From Rhina ancylostomus (lineage: Eukaryota), in NCBI GenBank assembly GCA_030265395.1, contig JARFYF010000058.1, positions 18,529,223-18,593,222 of the forward strand: a DNA stretch of 64,000 nucleotides, in the 5' to 3' direction. This document shows positions 51,879 through 64,000 of this stretch, in pieces; position 1 is the stretch's first letter; every line of letters starts with the position of its first letter. The notes beneath the pieces were generated by a model. The model saw only the letters and a program-made list of their open reading frames with translations, was not told where the DNA came from and searched no databases. Position numbers and translations under genes: made by a program.

Positions 51879-52724
51879 GCAGCTCACCTCATTCAGTCAT
51901 GTAAAAACTGGGACCAATGACTAGTTCATTCAATAGCTCTTTGCTATTGCTCTGCAGTATTCCCATTCGGAAGCCAGAGTCTCTCTACACATCCACACTG
52001 GTTGGCAAAGTGGTTTCAGCAATGGGAACTTTTGCACAGACTTTCTTTGGTCCCTAGGGAAGGCTGGACAACAGATGCATCAGCATGCCACAGTTAGGCA
52101 CGTGTGATCATTGAAGTGCTTTTCACACTTTCATTGTGTGGAGGAATCAGGTATCAATTGCTCAGGTAATATAAGTGAACCAGCAGCTCAGAGAGTTCTT
52201 CATATCTATCAATTGCCTATCCACAGGAACTGCTGCCTTGCTTTTGCCATTGTAATGTGCATTTCAGATCTAATAGTTCAAGATCAATGGATCTTGAAAA
52301 ACTTGATTTGATGATAGATTATAGATGATACAACCCTTCAATCTGATCTTGATATGTCTTTACATATTTGCCTATACGTGTATACAGAAGATGCCTAGGT
52401 TTAATTTTAATAAATTAATGGTAAATTCAATCTTTAGTTATTTATTTTTGTAAAATAGCTCTCAAGTTACAGCTCAATTTATTGTACGATGTGTATAATT
52501 GGGTGTGAACTTAAACACAAAAAAGGTCCTTTGTTTAGTTCCAAATGGACTGAAGTTTATCTCATCCAAGATGATAGTAAGAATGACAGAACTGACCACC
52601 GTATCCTAGGGCTTGAAGAGGAGTATAGGGACAGGTAGGTATTGGGTGAGCGGGGCAGAAATTGGACAGAATTCTTTTACCATTAATAGGATGCTGCTAT
52701 TTCCAAATTATTCACTACAAATCC

Positions 52725-52825
52725 ATTATTACAACATCAACCGTACTTCAAAAGTATTGAAATATTGAAATTGTTGGACATCCTGAGGTCATGAGATGAG
52801 CTATATCAATGTAACTCTTTCTTTT
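52725..52825 (+). mobile_element. Old SINE 3' tail (Deu-domain, SacSINE1-like)
   Basis: attacaaca..tacttcaaaagta..ggacatcctgaggtcatgagatgagctatatcaatgtaactctttc. Confidence 0.55.
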
Positions 52826-53774
52826 CCTGCTTTGCAATGCCCATTAGAAATTCCTGTGTACTCTAGTATGAGTTAATGGATATAAAAAAATATTTTCAAT
52901 ACAATACACGGATTCTACACATGGCTCATTCAGATCAATTTCTATTATAACTTAATGGTTGCACTGATGGCCAGACACACCGCCAGTTCAATTCCAGTAT
53001 CTAGATAAGATATGAAATACCTATATATTCATATAAATGCAGAACACGTAGTACTGCATCTGTCACTTATCATTTCTCTCTCCCGATGCTTGTTCCACTG
53101 ACTCTAATAGAACTAAAAATCAAGTAGGTATCTGATGTGATAATGTTTATTTTGTGTGACTGTCCAAGATAAATTTCCACCCCTCAGTCTGCAATAAACA
53201 TGCTTACAACAGAGCTTTTAACATGTCATGCACGTTGAAAGAGTTAACTTTGAGCATGAATATCTGGAAGGTGTTATTTAGTCTCGTCAAATTTAGTTAT
53301 ATACTGCTGAAGTGCTACTGTACCTGTTAGTCTCAGAACTTTTAAAACACTCAAAGCAGAAGGTTGTCTGCCCATGTCTGGAACTGCTCTGAACATCAAA
53401 GGACTGCAGCCTCTTTGTCTCATCTTTAAAGTCGAGTGAATCCTGTTTCATCCCCTCATAACAGTGGGAGCTAAAAGCTAGCAGGTGACATCATCAAAAC
53501 AAGTCTGCACTCGGAATGAAAATCCACGAATCATGTGAATTGCCAACAGGGTAAGCAACTTGTTCCAAAGTATAAAAATGGGAGCAATTAATGTCACTTG
53601 GAATGTTATCCACTAAGAATCAAGTCAATACATGTTACAACCGATCTTCCTGCCATAACCTTACTATTTATGTACAGAGAGCAGTCTTAGGTATCACCAA
53701 ATTTGAACAATTCATAATGAATCACAATGAAAATAGTAGCATCAGTAACAATGGGACTAAACAATGGGATCTAA

Positions 53775-54515
53775 ATAAAGCTGCCCTTATTTGGCACATT
53801 ACCATGTATCAAGACAGTTACATCCAACAAACTGCATTGAAATGCAGTGGATGTTTTGCTGGCACTTTGCACAAAGTGCAATCTCACAAATACATTCCTT
53901 TTTTAATATTTCTATTTACCTGTGACATAGAGGGAGTCAATTCGACCCATTGAGCCAATGCCAGCTCTCAGAGCAATCCATCAATCCCCTTCCCCCACCT
54001 ATTTTCTGCTAATTTATTTCACCCTCACATGCCCATCAATCTCACCTTGATCTTCCTATCACCCACCTACTGGGGGTAATTGACCATAACCTGTTAGCCT
54101 ACCAACATCTCTTTGGGAAGAAATAGGGGCCCATAACTGAAACCCATGTGGTCACAGGGAGAACATGCAAACTCCACACAGGCAGCACCAGAAGTCAGGA
54201 TTAAGCCTGGGTTGTTGGAGCTGTGAGGCATCAGTACTACCTGCTAAACCAGTGCTCTGCGAGTTAATCTCTTTTTTGTGAGGCCTATTGAGGCAAAAAT
54301 GCTGATCATGTTTCCAGAACAGCTCTTTGCCCATGACTGAATCTTTAAGATCCAATTGAAACAGGTAAGCAGGATCTTAGTTAAACAGCATATCTAAAAG
54401 AGGAACATCTGACAAAACAACACTCACTCAGTTCCTCATTAAAGTGTCAGCTAAGATTAGCCCTGGACTGGCTTGGAATCCATAACGTCTGACTCAGAGG
54501 TGAGAAACTACAATT
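53775..54515 (-). mobile_element. Old Deu-domain (SacSINE1-like) SINE split by the V-SINE; pieces at ~53775-53890 and ~54365-54515
   Basis: tctgacaaaacaacactcactcagt..agtgtcagc..tctgactcagaggtgaga head region, and a tail-like segment left of the V-SINE. Recalled consensus only. Confidence 0.5.
53925..54260 (-). mobile_element. tRNA-derived V-domain SINE with CR1-type tail
   Basis: gaaacccatgtggtcacagggagaacatgcaaactccacacaggcagcacc..gtcaggattaagcctggg..ggagctgtgaggca, homologous to 45030-45115. Confidence 0.75.
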
Positions 54516-54859
54516 TGGGCTTAGCTAACAGTAACACACCATGAAGAAATAACTACGATTTAAATTTTAAAATGGCATCAGACAATCAGATTATCTGCTG
54601 GCTCTTTTAAAATCTTGGAACTTGGGAAATATCTTTCTTCTTGAAGTCTATTTACTCAGCAGTAACATCACAAGCAGGGCATATTGCCAAGTTTCATTCT
54701 TTCCTCAGTTTGGTCTTTAAATATGGACATGTTTACACTTGTTGCATGGAAATCTCACCCATTCTGTCCCGCCCAGGAAATAGTGACCAGGAATAAAAAC
54801 TGTTCTCAAAACTAAAAAGAGGAGGCGAAGAAAGAAGCATTCTTGGATACTGACGCAAA

Positions 54860-55195
54860 AGCATACACATAAACACACACCTGCACACACATCCCTGCAC
54901 ACACATACCCCTGCACACTCGCACCCCGCACACGCACACACCTGCATACATACACACACACCCATCCCCACAANNNNNNNNNNNNNNNNNNNNNNNNNNN
55001 NNNNNNNNNNNNNNNNNNNNNNNNNNNNNNNNNNNNNNNNNNNNNNNNNNNNNNNNNNNNNNNNNNNNNNNNNNNNNNNNNNNNNNNNNNNNNNNNNNNN
55101 NNNNNNNNNNNNNNNNNNNNNNNNNNNNNNNNNTACATACACATACATACAAACACAAAGTCACATACACATGCACCCATTTGCACACACAAACC
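54860..55195. repeat. CA-rich low-complexity repeat around an N-gap
   Basis: Seen directly (cacacac/ctgcacac variants). Confidence 0.9.
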
Positions 55196-56231
55196 ACAAA
55201 ATCAGACAGTGATCTATAGTTTTAATATTCCGCATGCCTTGTATTACATAAATATCTATTATCAGCCACTAATTAGTGACATTGAATATTAACTTTAATA
55301 GCAGCATTTTCCCAGGGAGAACATTCCAAAATACACTTTCTCTTCAAAGTAAACTGAATTCGTCTGTTATCTGATACTTCTTTCAACTCTTAATTCAACA
55401 TGGAATCATGCTGTGGGGAAAGGAATAACAGGAAATAAATATGAAAATAACTGTGAATAAACATTGTTAGAGTGGAAATGGCAAGTCACATGGTTGCAAT
55501 AAATATTCATGAATAATACGTTCTAAAATACTGTCAATGCAGTTTTACATAACGTCACTTGGGCTTATAAAAGAACAAAACCCAGCTTGTCACTAACCTG
55601 TAGCTGATGCTGTCATGCCAATTGCTTCCCCAGGATTGAAGGCTCTGTGTCAGAGCCTTTTGGGAGCTTTTAAGAGACAGGGAAAGTTTGATGCTGAAAG
55701 CAGCAATGCGTCTTGTGAGAAATGCCAAGAACCACATTTTAGCAAAGTCTTATTTACTTATTAGAAGTCTAACGGCATTGTGCTTTAATACATGGAGCAT
55801 TCATAAGGAGACAGATGATTAGCAGTGCAAATGCTTATGATATTCTTGCTGTTATGGAGACATGCCTTCAGGGTGACCAAGGATAGGAATGGAACATGCA
55901 GAACTATTAAATATTCAGGAAGGAGAGGCAAAAGGAAAAGTCAGTGGGATGGTGCTGTTGGTAAAGGAGAGAATCAGTACCCTTGTGATGACAGACACTG
56001 GGGTCCCATAAATAGAAGACAAAATAAAGAAGATGTTTATCCATTTGGTGGTAAGGGTTCAGGAATAAACTTAGTCAGCAAAGCTCCCTTCTTTTCCTTG
56101 TATATTGCTTTTGGACTTCTGGCATCCATGTGAGCAGCAGCCAGGGTTTTGGTTTAATGTCTCATCTGTGGCAAGGCACAGGTACCTCATCGACCTACAC
56201 TCTGAAATGAAATGAGATTAATATAAGGCCA

Positions 56232-56368
56232 GAGTCATAGATTCATACAGCACAGAAACAGGACCCTGTTCCCAATCAGCTGAGGGTTAGTGTCAGTGGC
56301 TGCTGGGTGGTCAGAGCAGACTTGATGGGCTGAAGGGCCTGCTTCCCTGCTGTGTGACTCTGTGACTC
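56232..56368. mobile_element. Two CR1 3' tails joined head-to-head
   Basis: 56232-56262 and 56338-56368 are reverse complements at 25/31 positions. Confidence 0.7.
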
Positions 56369-56474
56369 CAGCAGAGAGGACTCCATTGCATTGATTTTGT
56401 GATTTGTGTGTGCAAGTATGTCCCGGTGTATGTGACTCTGTGTTTGTACGTATGTGTAACTGGGGGACATAGAT

Positions 56475-56760
56475 TCAGGTTAATTGGTAGAAGGATAAAA
56501 TTATTTCACCCAAAGGTGATGGAGGGTCTGGAATTCATTGACCAATGAGGTAGCAGAAACAGAAGACAAATGTATGTTTAACACACTGTACAAGCACTCA
56601 ACGAGCCAAAACCTGCAGGGCTACAGAATAAGACATGGGCAGTGGGATTAATCTAGCCTCCATTTTGATGGAAATGTGGGAAAAATTAGTGAGGATTGGG
56701 CATGCCCTGACAGCTGGCAGAAGCTTGATGGGCTGAATGGTCCCCTTCTGTGTTACATGG
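56475..56760 (+). mobile_element. Old CR1 3' end
   Basis: ttatttcacccaaaggtgatggagggtctggaattcattgacc..gatgggctgaatggtccccttctgtgtt. Confidence 0.65.
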
Positions 56761-57482
56761 CCAGCAATGGGTCAAACAACCTCCTTCCATTCATTTCGAA
56801 GATTGTATGATGATCAAATGCATCGGATGGTTTTAAATCCAGCCGCTTGCTGCTTTTGCAGACCACTTTCTCGTTGACCAATTTGTAAAATTTGGGATTA
56901 CCTCATCCCCAAAAAGCAGCCTCAGTGCAAGCTCAGTTCAATCGCACTTCAAGTAAAAATATGCCTGGGCTGCCAGAAACAATTAGTCATGTGCTCAATT
57001 TCACAAGCTGATCCTTCCCAGAACACTGTTAGTCAAAGAACCTTTGCAGCACACAGTACTCCAACTAGAAAAGATGTATTTTCTGTTTCAGCAAACGCAG
57101 CTCCTGAAATGGAGCAGAAAGAGATTCGAGTTCTCTTGCTGTTGATGCACCAAGCCTTACAGTCCCCATGCTGGCAACATGGAGGTACATTGGAATTTAC
57201 ATTAACATACCAGCTCCTGGGGACTGTGGTAATGAGCTGAGCAAAACCCTGTGAATTGACACAAAGGAAAGATCTGAAGTATTACCCAAAGGTGTCTCTT
57301 TTTTTCCAAGACCTCACACATAACTCACTAATATGGCACAAGTGTTCCAACCACACTCAGCCCCCTACCTGATCCGAAAGGTCCACCATCCATTTGAATG
57401 CAAAGGACCGAGGAGGATGTTGCATATGGTCACAGTCGCGTATCACTTGGCCTGGTGTTGACCAGCATTGAACAGTTCCCTG

Positions 57483-57587
57483 GTACAATAAGATGGACTC
57501 CTGACCTCACAATCTACCTTGTAATGACCTTTCACCTTATTGTCTGCCTGCACTGCACTTTCTCTGTAACTGTGACACTTTATTCTG
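57483..57587 (+). mobile_element. Non-LTR element 3' UTR fragment (possibly Rex1/Babar-like), cut by a gap
   Basis: gatggactcctgacctcacaatctaccttgt..ccttattgtctgcctgcactgcactttctctgtaactgtgacact. Recalled batoid repeat. Confidence 0.5.
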
Positions 57588-57687
57588 NNNNNNNNNNNNN
57601 NNNNNNNNNNNNNNNNNNNNNNNNNNNNNNNNNNNNNNNNNNNNNNNNNNNNNNNNNNNNNNNNNNNNNNNNNNNNNNNNNNNNNNN

Positions 57688-57960
57688 AAAAACAACAAGA
57701 TGCACGAGGAACTCAGCAGGTCAGGCAGCATCCGTGGAGAAAAGCAGATGGTCAACTTTTCAGGTCAGGACCCTTCTTCAGGAAGCCCAATATATAGGGG
57801 GCACAAAGTGGTGATAGGTGGATGCAGGTAAGAGACAGTGATAGGCAGATATGGGGGAGGAGGGCAGAGCAGAACCTGGGGATGGGTCAAAGGTATGGAG
57901 GCAGGGAGCCTGGGGGGAGGGGAGGAGAGGGAAAGGAGAGAGAACAAAAATGGTGAGGAG
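57688..57960 (-). mobile_element. Penelope-like element 3' region with the best-preserved hammerhead core (57751-57781)
   Basis: Minus strand reads: pyrimidine-rich UTR (cctgcatccacctatcacc), CTGAAGAAGGGTCCTGACCTGAAAAGTTGAC, then gatgctgcctgacctgctgagttcc. Confidence 0.8.
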
Positions 57961-58059
57961 AAAAAAGAGAGATAGGCTTGGAAAGGGAAGAAAAGAAAAG
58001 GCAAGAGGCAATCTTTTCTTTCCGTTTTAAGCTGTTTTATAATTCAGCAGGGAGAAAAG

Positions 58060-59138
58060 ATACAAAATTGGCTGGATGGTAGGAAACAGAGGGTGATGGT
58101 GGAAGGATGTTTCTTAGACCGGAGGTCTGTGACTAGTGGTGTGACCCAGGGGTCAGTGCTGGGCCCATTGTAATTTGCCTTCTATATTAATGATTTGGAT
58201 GAGAATATACAAGGAATAGTTAGTAAGATTGCAGATGACACTAAAATAGGTGGTGTCATATACAGTGAAAAGGTGTATCAAGAATTGCTGTGGGATCTTG
58301 ATTGGGTGGTTAGGTAGACTGAGGAATGGCAAGTGGAGTTTAATTCAGATAAGTGTAAAGTGTTACACTTTGGAAGGACAAATCAAGGTAGGACTTTCAC
58401 ATTGAATGGAAAGGCCCTGGGTGCTGTTGTCGAACAGAAGGACCTTGGAGTATAGGTGCATAGTTCCCTTAAAATGGAGTCAGGTAGATAGGGCAATGAA
58501 GAAGGCTTCTGGCACACTGGCCTTCATCAGTCAGGGTACTGAATATAGAAGTTGGGAGGTTATGTTGCGATTGTACAAGACATTGGTGAGGCCACACTAG
58601 GAGTATTATGTTCAGTTTTGGTCAACCTGTGATAGGAAGAATGTGATTAAATGGGAAAGAGGGCAAAAAAAGACTTACAAGGATGTTGCCAGGACTCGAG
58701 GGACTGAGTTATAGGGAGAGGTTAGACAGGCTGGGCTTTTACTCCTTGGAACTTAGGAGACTGAGGTGTGATTTCATGGAGGTATATAGAATCAAAAGGG
58801 GCATAGACAGAGTGAGCTGTCTTTTTTGCAGAGCTGGGGAATTGAAAACTAGAGGACATAGTTTTAAGGTTAGAAGTAAAAGGTTTCATAAGAACCTGAG
58901 GAGCAACTTTTTTACACGGGGATAGTAGATTATGGAACCAGCTGCCAGAGGAAGAGGTTGAGGCAGGTACATAGATACATTTAAGAAGTATATGGACAGG
59001 TATTTGGATTGTAAGAGTTTAGAGGGATATGGGCCAAGTGCTAGGAAATGCAATTAGCTTAAATATACATCTTGATTACCATGGACAAGTTTGGGCTGAA
59101 GAGACTTTATCCATGCTGTACAGTTCTATGACTCTATG
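58060..59138 (+). mobile_element. 5'-truncated CR1 LINE (~1.1 kb, RT to tail)
   Basis: NWLDGRKQRVMVEG, VTSGVTQGSVLGPL, IADDTK, KKASGTLAFISQGTEYRSWEVMLRLYKTLVRPH, MLPGLEGLSYRERLDRLG..TRGHSFK; tail ccatgctgtacagttctatgactctatg. Confidence 0.93.
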
Positions 59139-62127
59139 CAAGGTAAAGAGCCAATGGAAATTGTATAAAATATTTCTTGCATATATATTTTTCATAATGG
59201 CAGTTAGCATATTATTGCAAGACATTATTTTTAATACATGACAGTAAATTATACTTTGTTTAATTTCCACATAGCCATTAACCAAACCATTGCTTGAAAT
59301 CATTCATGAATAATTATTTGCACACAACAGGAATAGAAAATCATCAGGGAGAAATGTATTTTCAGTACTTGCACTGAGTGCAGGGTTGTGTGCACCTCAG
59401 CACATTCAATTCCATTGACTTCAATATCCAAAGATGAGCTTCTCCTCAATACCTTGTAACCATACTTACCGGAGATCAGTTCCTGTATTTTACTATGTTA
59501 TTTATCTCCTCCCTCACAAGTTTTGGGTCACATTGCAGGCTGTGACTAAAAAAAAATAAGTGATTTTGTTTTGATTTTCAGCAGTGCTGTGTTGATCTGG
59601 ATTCTGGAAGTACTAGAGATAGNNNNNNNNNNNNNNNNNNNNNNNNNNNNNNNNNNNNNNNNNNNNNNNNNNNNNNNCTTTCCTATTGTTTATTTACCAT
59701 GGGAACACAGGGACATTTATGGACAAAAGTGCCATCCCACTATCCAGTGATTTTGCTTATTCCTTACAAACAAATTCTAATACAACAGCCCTTCACTGAA
59801 GCCCTGTATAACAAACACATTATTGTAACCTTCCATATTAATAGATTTTTTTATTGCATTTCCTCATCTTCTGACTCAGATGTGCAGTTGATTTTAAAAG
59901 TGTTGTAACAATGAATTCAGGCAATTGTAAGTGTGTGTGGGAGCCCAGGGAAATATCACCATAAGATAATCAAATCAATAATTTATAAAATTCCTTCCTT
60001 ACAGTTCTATCTCTCACTCAGTGAGATAGTATTAATGAATAATATTTATGTATGGCGTGTGCATGTCAAGAGTTTGTGTTACCCTACATTGTAATCAGTA
60101 AATAATTTCTTATAAAACTCAAGATGTTACACATTTTCTTTAATTAGAAGATGGAAGGCAAGTCACAGTTTTGATGTGAATGACAAAGGACAAGTAAGAG
60201 CAAACACACAGCAGTTGACGGTAACAGTTACCATGTCACGCCTCAGCAATCAAACAAATGATCTGCAAGAGGCTAGAGCTTTATCAGTCTTAAAGTATTG
60301 GAGATCCTAACCAAGGGAGACTGAAAGATTGACAGAAAGGGAACAGTTACCTATGATAAAGATCAAAGGAAGATTGCAGCATTGCTTAAATGATTAACTG
60401 TTTGACTGCTAGTCTGAAAATCCCTGAGTTTGGATCATTCAGGCTCTTCCAGTCTTACTTTCTTTATTAGTTGTGAAAAATTTAAAGGGAGGAAGCAAAA
60501 TAGATCTGATTTTTGCAGAGATTATGTTACCATTAAATCACCCTATGCAGCACTGTACAATCTCATGAATTCATTGAATCTGCAATAACATTTGCACATT
60601 TATAACAAAGGCAAAGGAAATTTAATAACTAACAACAGGAAATTACAATTGAAAGAAAGTCAAGATTTGGATGGACATTTTAATCTAAGTTAGCTAATCT
60701 TGGGTTGGATAGCAGAGGTATACAAATGTCAAAGTCAAAATCAGTTCCATAGTTCCTGCAACTACTGGGGCACATTAGATGCTGCAATATGCTTTGCATC
60801 ATTGATGGTTGTCAAGCAGAGTGATCTGGTGGCACCCATCTCCTCTCCAGGCAAAACTTACTTCACCTGATATTTTCATTCAAAGACAAATCAGGCTCAA
60901 GGCTGTTTAGTTTCAAAGATTGGATAGGATTGTGCATTTCCATTCTGGTGAGAGGAAATCATTTAATTCCTTAATATTTCTGAGTTAATGAAGTGAAAAT
61001 TGACCAGAACACCTGCCATGTGTCATTGCCAACCAATAGCTCCTGCTGACAGAGGGTGGATATCTGGTGAGGATAGGACTTGTCTTAGGTGTAAGGTTTC
61101 CTGAGGTTGTATGAGCTTCTGAAATTCACTAATAACAATCTTGGCTTACTTTTATACTGCAGATTTATTGCAGTTAGATGTTCAAAGCTGCTTCAAAGAT
61201 TTCAGGAGGGAATTTCAAAACTTTGGACATACACAGTTGAAAGCACTGACATCAGTGTTGAGATGAAGAAAAGGCTGGAACTGGTGAACACAGAGCTCTT
61301 GGAGGGTGGTGGAGATGGAGGAGGTTGCAAAGATAAGAAAGCCATGGCATTGAACATTGGGATGAGCATTCTAAGGTTGAGGTATGGGTGAAAGAGTTGA
61401 TAAAAGTCAATAGGCTCATGGGAAGTTCATATGTTAATACTGACCAAAAAATGGTCAAGTTGTCTACAGTATTGTGCTAGTTATGTGAATGTCAGGTTGG
61501 ACAATGTGTTGGTGGATTGCCAACAACCATGAATAACAATCAATGCCACTAGGATAAGGATAGGAGAAGGGAAACCTTTGAAGAGAGATGTTTAATACTG
61601 TTGAGCAAATTACCTATCAAAAAAATGAGTCATGTGGAAAGACAAGTGCTTAAACTGAACATTGGAGAAACGAAGAATAATCATAAAACAATTGAGATCT
61701 AACTTAAATAATTCTCTTAATGGTTTACCATGTCAATAACTCAAAGATACATTTGGATACACCTGTTACATATCCAGTTGCTGCTACAATCTTAAAAGTT
61801 ATTCAGCAAATTATCAACACCAGCTGTGAGTGATAGCTATGTAGGAATAGTGAGAAAGGAAAATGTGGCCTACTTCTTTAGAAATAATTTCTACAAGTAT
61901 CAGAAAAGCCACAGTTTTGGAAACTGCATTGGTTGATAGGATGATCAGTTTTCAGGCACAATTTGGAGATCTATCAAATTACGTGCTTATTGTTTCTTTA
62001 AATATAAAAGTTAACTCCAGCATTTCAGCTCCACCTGCCAACCACTCAGTCCGAATTAACCTCCAGCTCTGGAAGTTAAAGAGCAAAGCTCTTGTGGGTA
62101 ACATTAGGATGTTGAAAATCAAAAAAA

Positions 62128-62363
62128 ACTTTAGATTCTGGAAATCTGAAATAAAAACAGAAAATGTTCAAAACACTCAGCAGGTCAGGCAGCATCTGTG
62201 GATAGAGAAATGGAATTAGTATTTAAGGTCCAAGACCCTTTGTCAGTACTGGGCAGTTTTCCTGATTCTGACAAAGGCTCCTGGACCTGAAACACTAAGT
62301 CTATTTCTCTTTCCACAGATGCTGCCTGACCTGCTGAGTGTTTCTAATATATTGTGTTTTTAT
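62128..62363. mobile_element. Best-preserved palindromic pair of the Penelope-derived hammerhead element
   Basis: Arms 62151-62246 and 62268-62363 are close reverse complements around a 21-bp spacer, with CTGACAAAGG..GGACCT(G/T)AAA cores at the centre. Confidence 0.85.
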
Positions 62364-62774
62364 TGGCATAAAGTTATTCTTCCAATACAAACGCTTTTGT
62401 TGTTTCTTTGCTTTTATAAATCAACTATCTTTTTGAAAGTTAATGTGACTTATGACTCCCAAAAATTAACCATTTCAGAACATCCTGTGCATCCAAATCA
62501 AAACTTAATTTCAACTTTGATTTACCATGGTTCTCTCTTAAATATCCTTTCCCTTTGTTTTAAATATGCAGGGCAATGAGCAAAGGTCATTGCAGAACCA
62601 AATTAATGCTTCCAAATTTTTTTTCATGCTTCCACCAGTTAAACTCACTGCATCAACAAACATCCTCCTTAGCTCATGTCTGACTTATTTGTCATCTCCT
62701 CCAGTTTCTGTTTGCCAATTTTTTTGCCACTGAAACAACATTTCCCTACTTATTTTATGAAAAGTATTTAGGAT

Positions 62775-62843
62775 TTCAAGGAATTTCATTGCACCCTGGT
62801 GCATTTGACAATAAACTAATCTGAACCTGAATCTGAATCTGAA
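62775..62843 (+). mobile_element. Short LINE tail ending in (TCTGAA)n
   Basis: caaggaatttcattgcaccctggtgcatttgacaataaactaatctgaacctgaatctgaatctgaa. Confidence 0.6.
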
Positions 62844-64000
62844 TACCTTTGTTAAATCGTTTTACTTTCTCTGGTCTCAGGAAAACAACTTGAGAGAAGT
62901 GAACAATCAGCTTCCTTAGTCTCTCCACATGACTGAAAAAAATAATTTAGGCTAATTCAAAACTTTCATTGTGATGTTGCCAATTCCTTATTTTAGATGC
63001 AACCAGAAATTGTTTTGCAATAGATATTTCTGTGATGTAGAGTTACAGCAGAAACATAAATAACTGCCATGGATTTAATAGATGGGGTACAAAAGTTACA
63101 CATCAAAAATCCTCTCTTGGCTTAAAAAATAGCATCCACAAAAACATTAGAGCGCAGCTTTGATACAATATAATCTGTTGCTGTGATACAGAAAAACCAT
63201 CGTCAAGGGCAACGAGGTTCTAAAAATTGCCATCTCCACAATATGAAGAGTATCCCTGACAACAGTCTCTGAGAAGATCATATTCATTCTGGGAAAAAAA
63301 GAACTCTAGCCCCACAACCAGGAGGACATAACAACTATTACAACATTGAGAAGAGGTTTAAAGCTTCTTAGATCTCTGGGACACTAGAACATGAGGACTG
63401 GTAAATGAATGAAATATCAAAGTCCATCTAATTCCCTTCTATGATCTTAGTAACTATGAGATAACCTTAATGGAGTTTATCAGTCTCTGTGAATTAGTGA
63501 ACAACATATCAAAGCAATATGTGCAAATTCACAGTGGTAGGAGATTTTAGGAGCAAAAGATCTAAAGTTAGATATTCTTGACAAACATACCACGATCTCC
63601 ACACATACTGTTTCTCACATGACTCAGAAACCAGTCCTGAAAAATGGTTTTGTGAAAGAAATTCTTTTTGATAAATGTAACATAATTTCATCAACTATGT
63701 TTGTTCCATCATCCACCACCAAAGAACAGGAAAACACATTGAAAAACATTTCTGTGTGATGTTTATAAAACAAAATTATATTAAAGATCAATTCAGATAT
63801 AAGACCAGATTGCTACTATTAGGGGTCTGCCAGCAGTTACTGGCGGCATTTATATAATTTCCCTTTGGGAAGGCAGCAATCTGAAGGGGACATTTGTTTA
63901 CTTGTTTTCCAATCAGCATCTAATCAAACCAACAGGGACCCCTGCAGTGGTGTTAAGCTCTCTGTAGAACTCAGTGTCCAGGTAGAACCTCCTGGTCCTT

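Noticed and set aside
59461-59490. Strong minus-strand splice donor (CCG|GTAAGTATG), also resembling the U1 5' end
   Set aside because: No convincing acceptor or open exon upstream, and no U1 body follows.
1-64000. Prokaryote-type systems (CRISPR arrays, operons, defence loci)
   Set aside because: The sequence is spliced vertebrate DNA. No regularly spaced repeat-spacer array is present; the repeats are dispersed retroelements.

Overview
Eukaryotic genomic DNA from a vertebrate. The repeat content points to a cartilaginous fish, probably a batoid (inference from recalled repeat families). The draft assembly has 11 short N-gaps. The only protein-coding gene I can support is a complete three-exon Distal-less homeobox gene on the minus strand (CDS 5335-5035, 4357-4164, 1165-914; 248 aa), best assigned as dlx4. 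It lies in a ~13 kb CpG-retaining, apparently transposon-free domain (~1.3-14.5 kb) that holds its promoter and several candidate enhancers. The remaining ~49 kb is CpG-depleted, has no recognisable gene, and is full of decayed CR1 LINE pieces, SINEs and about a dozen copies of a short Penelope-derived element carrying a degenerate hammerhead-ribozyme core, often as head-to-head inverted pairs. The most notable observations are: (i) an insertion at ~28.3-28.6 kb that appears to carry ~130 bp of flanking DNA from a donor locus 11 kb away (17.4 kb), i.e. a candidate Penelope-mediated local transduction; (ii) a Penelope RT fragment linked to the hammerhead repeat and nested in a CR1; (iii) a 24-aa upstream ORF whose stop codon overlaps the dlx4 start (TAATG). 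Repeat family names are from pattern recognition, not database searches, and repeat boundaries are approximate.
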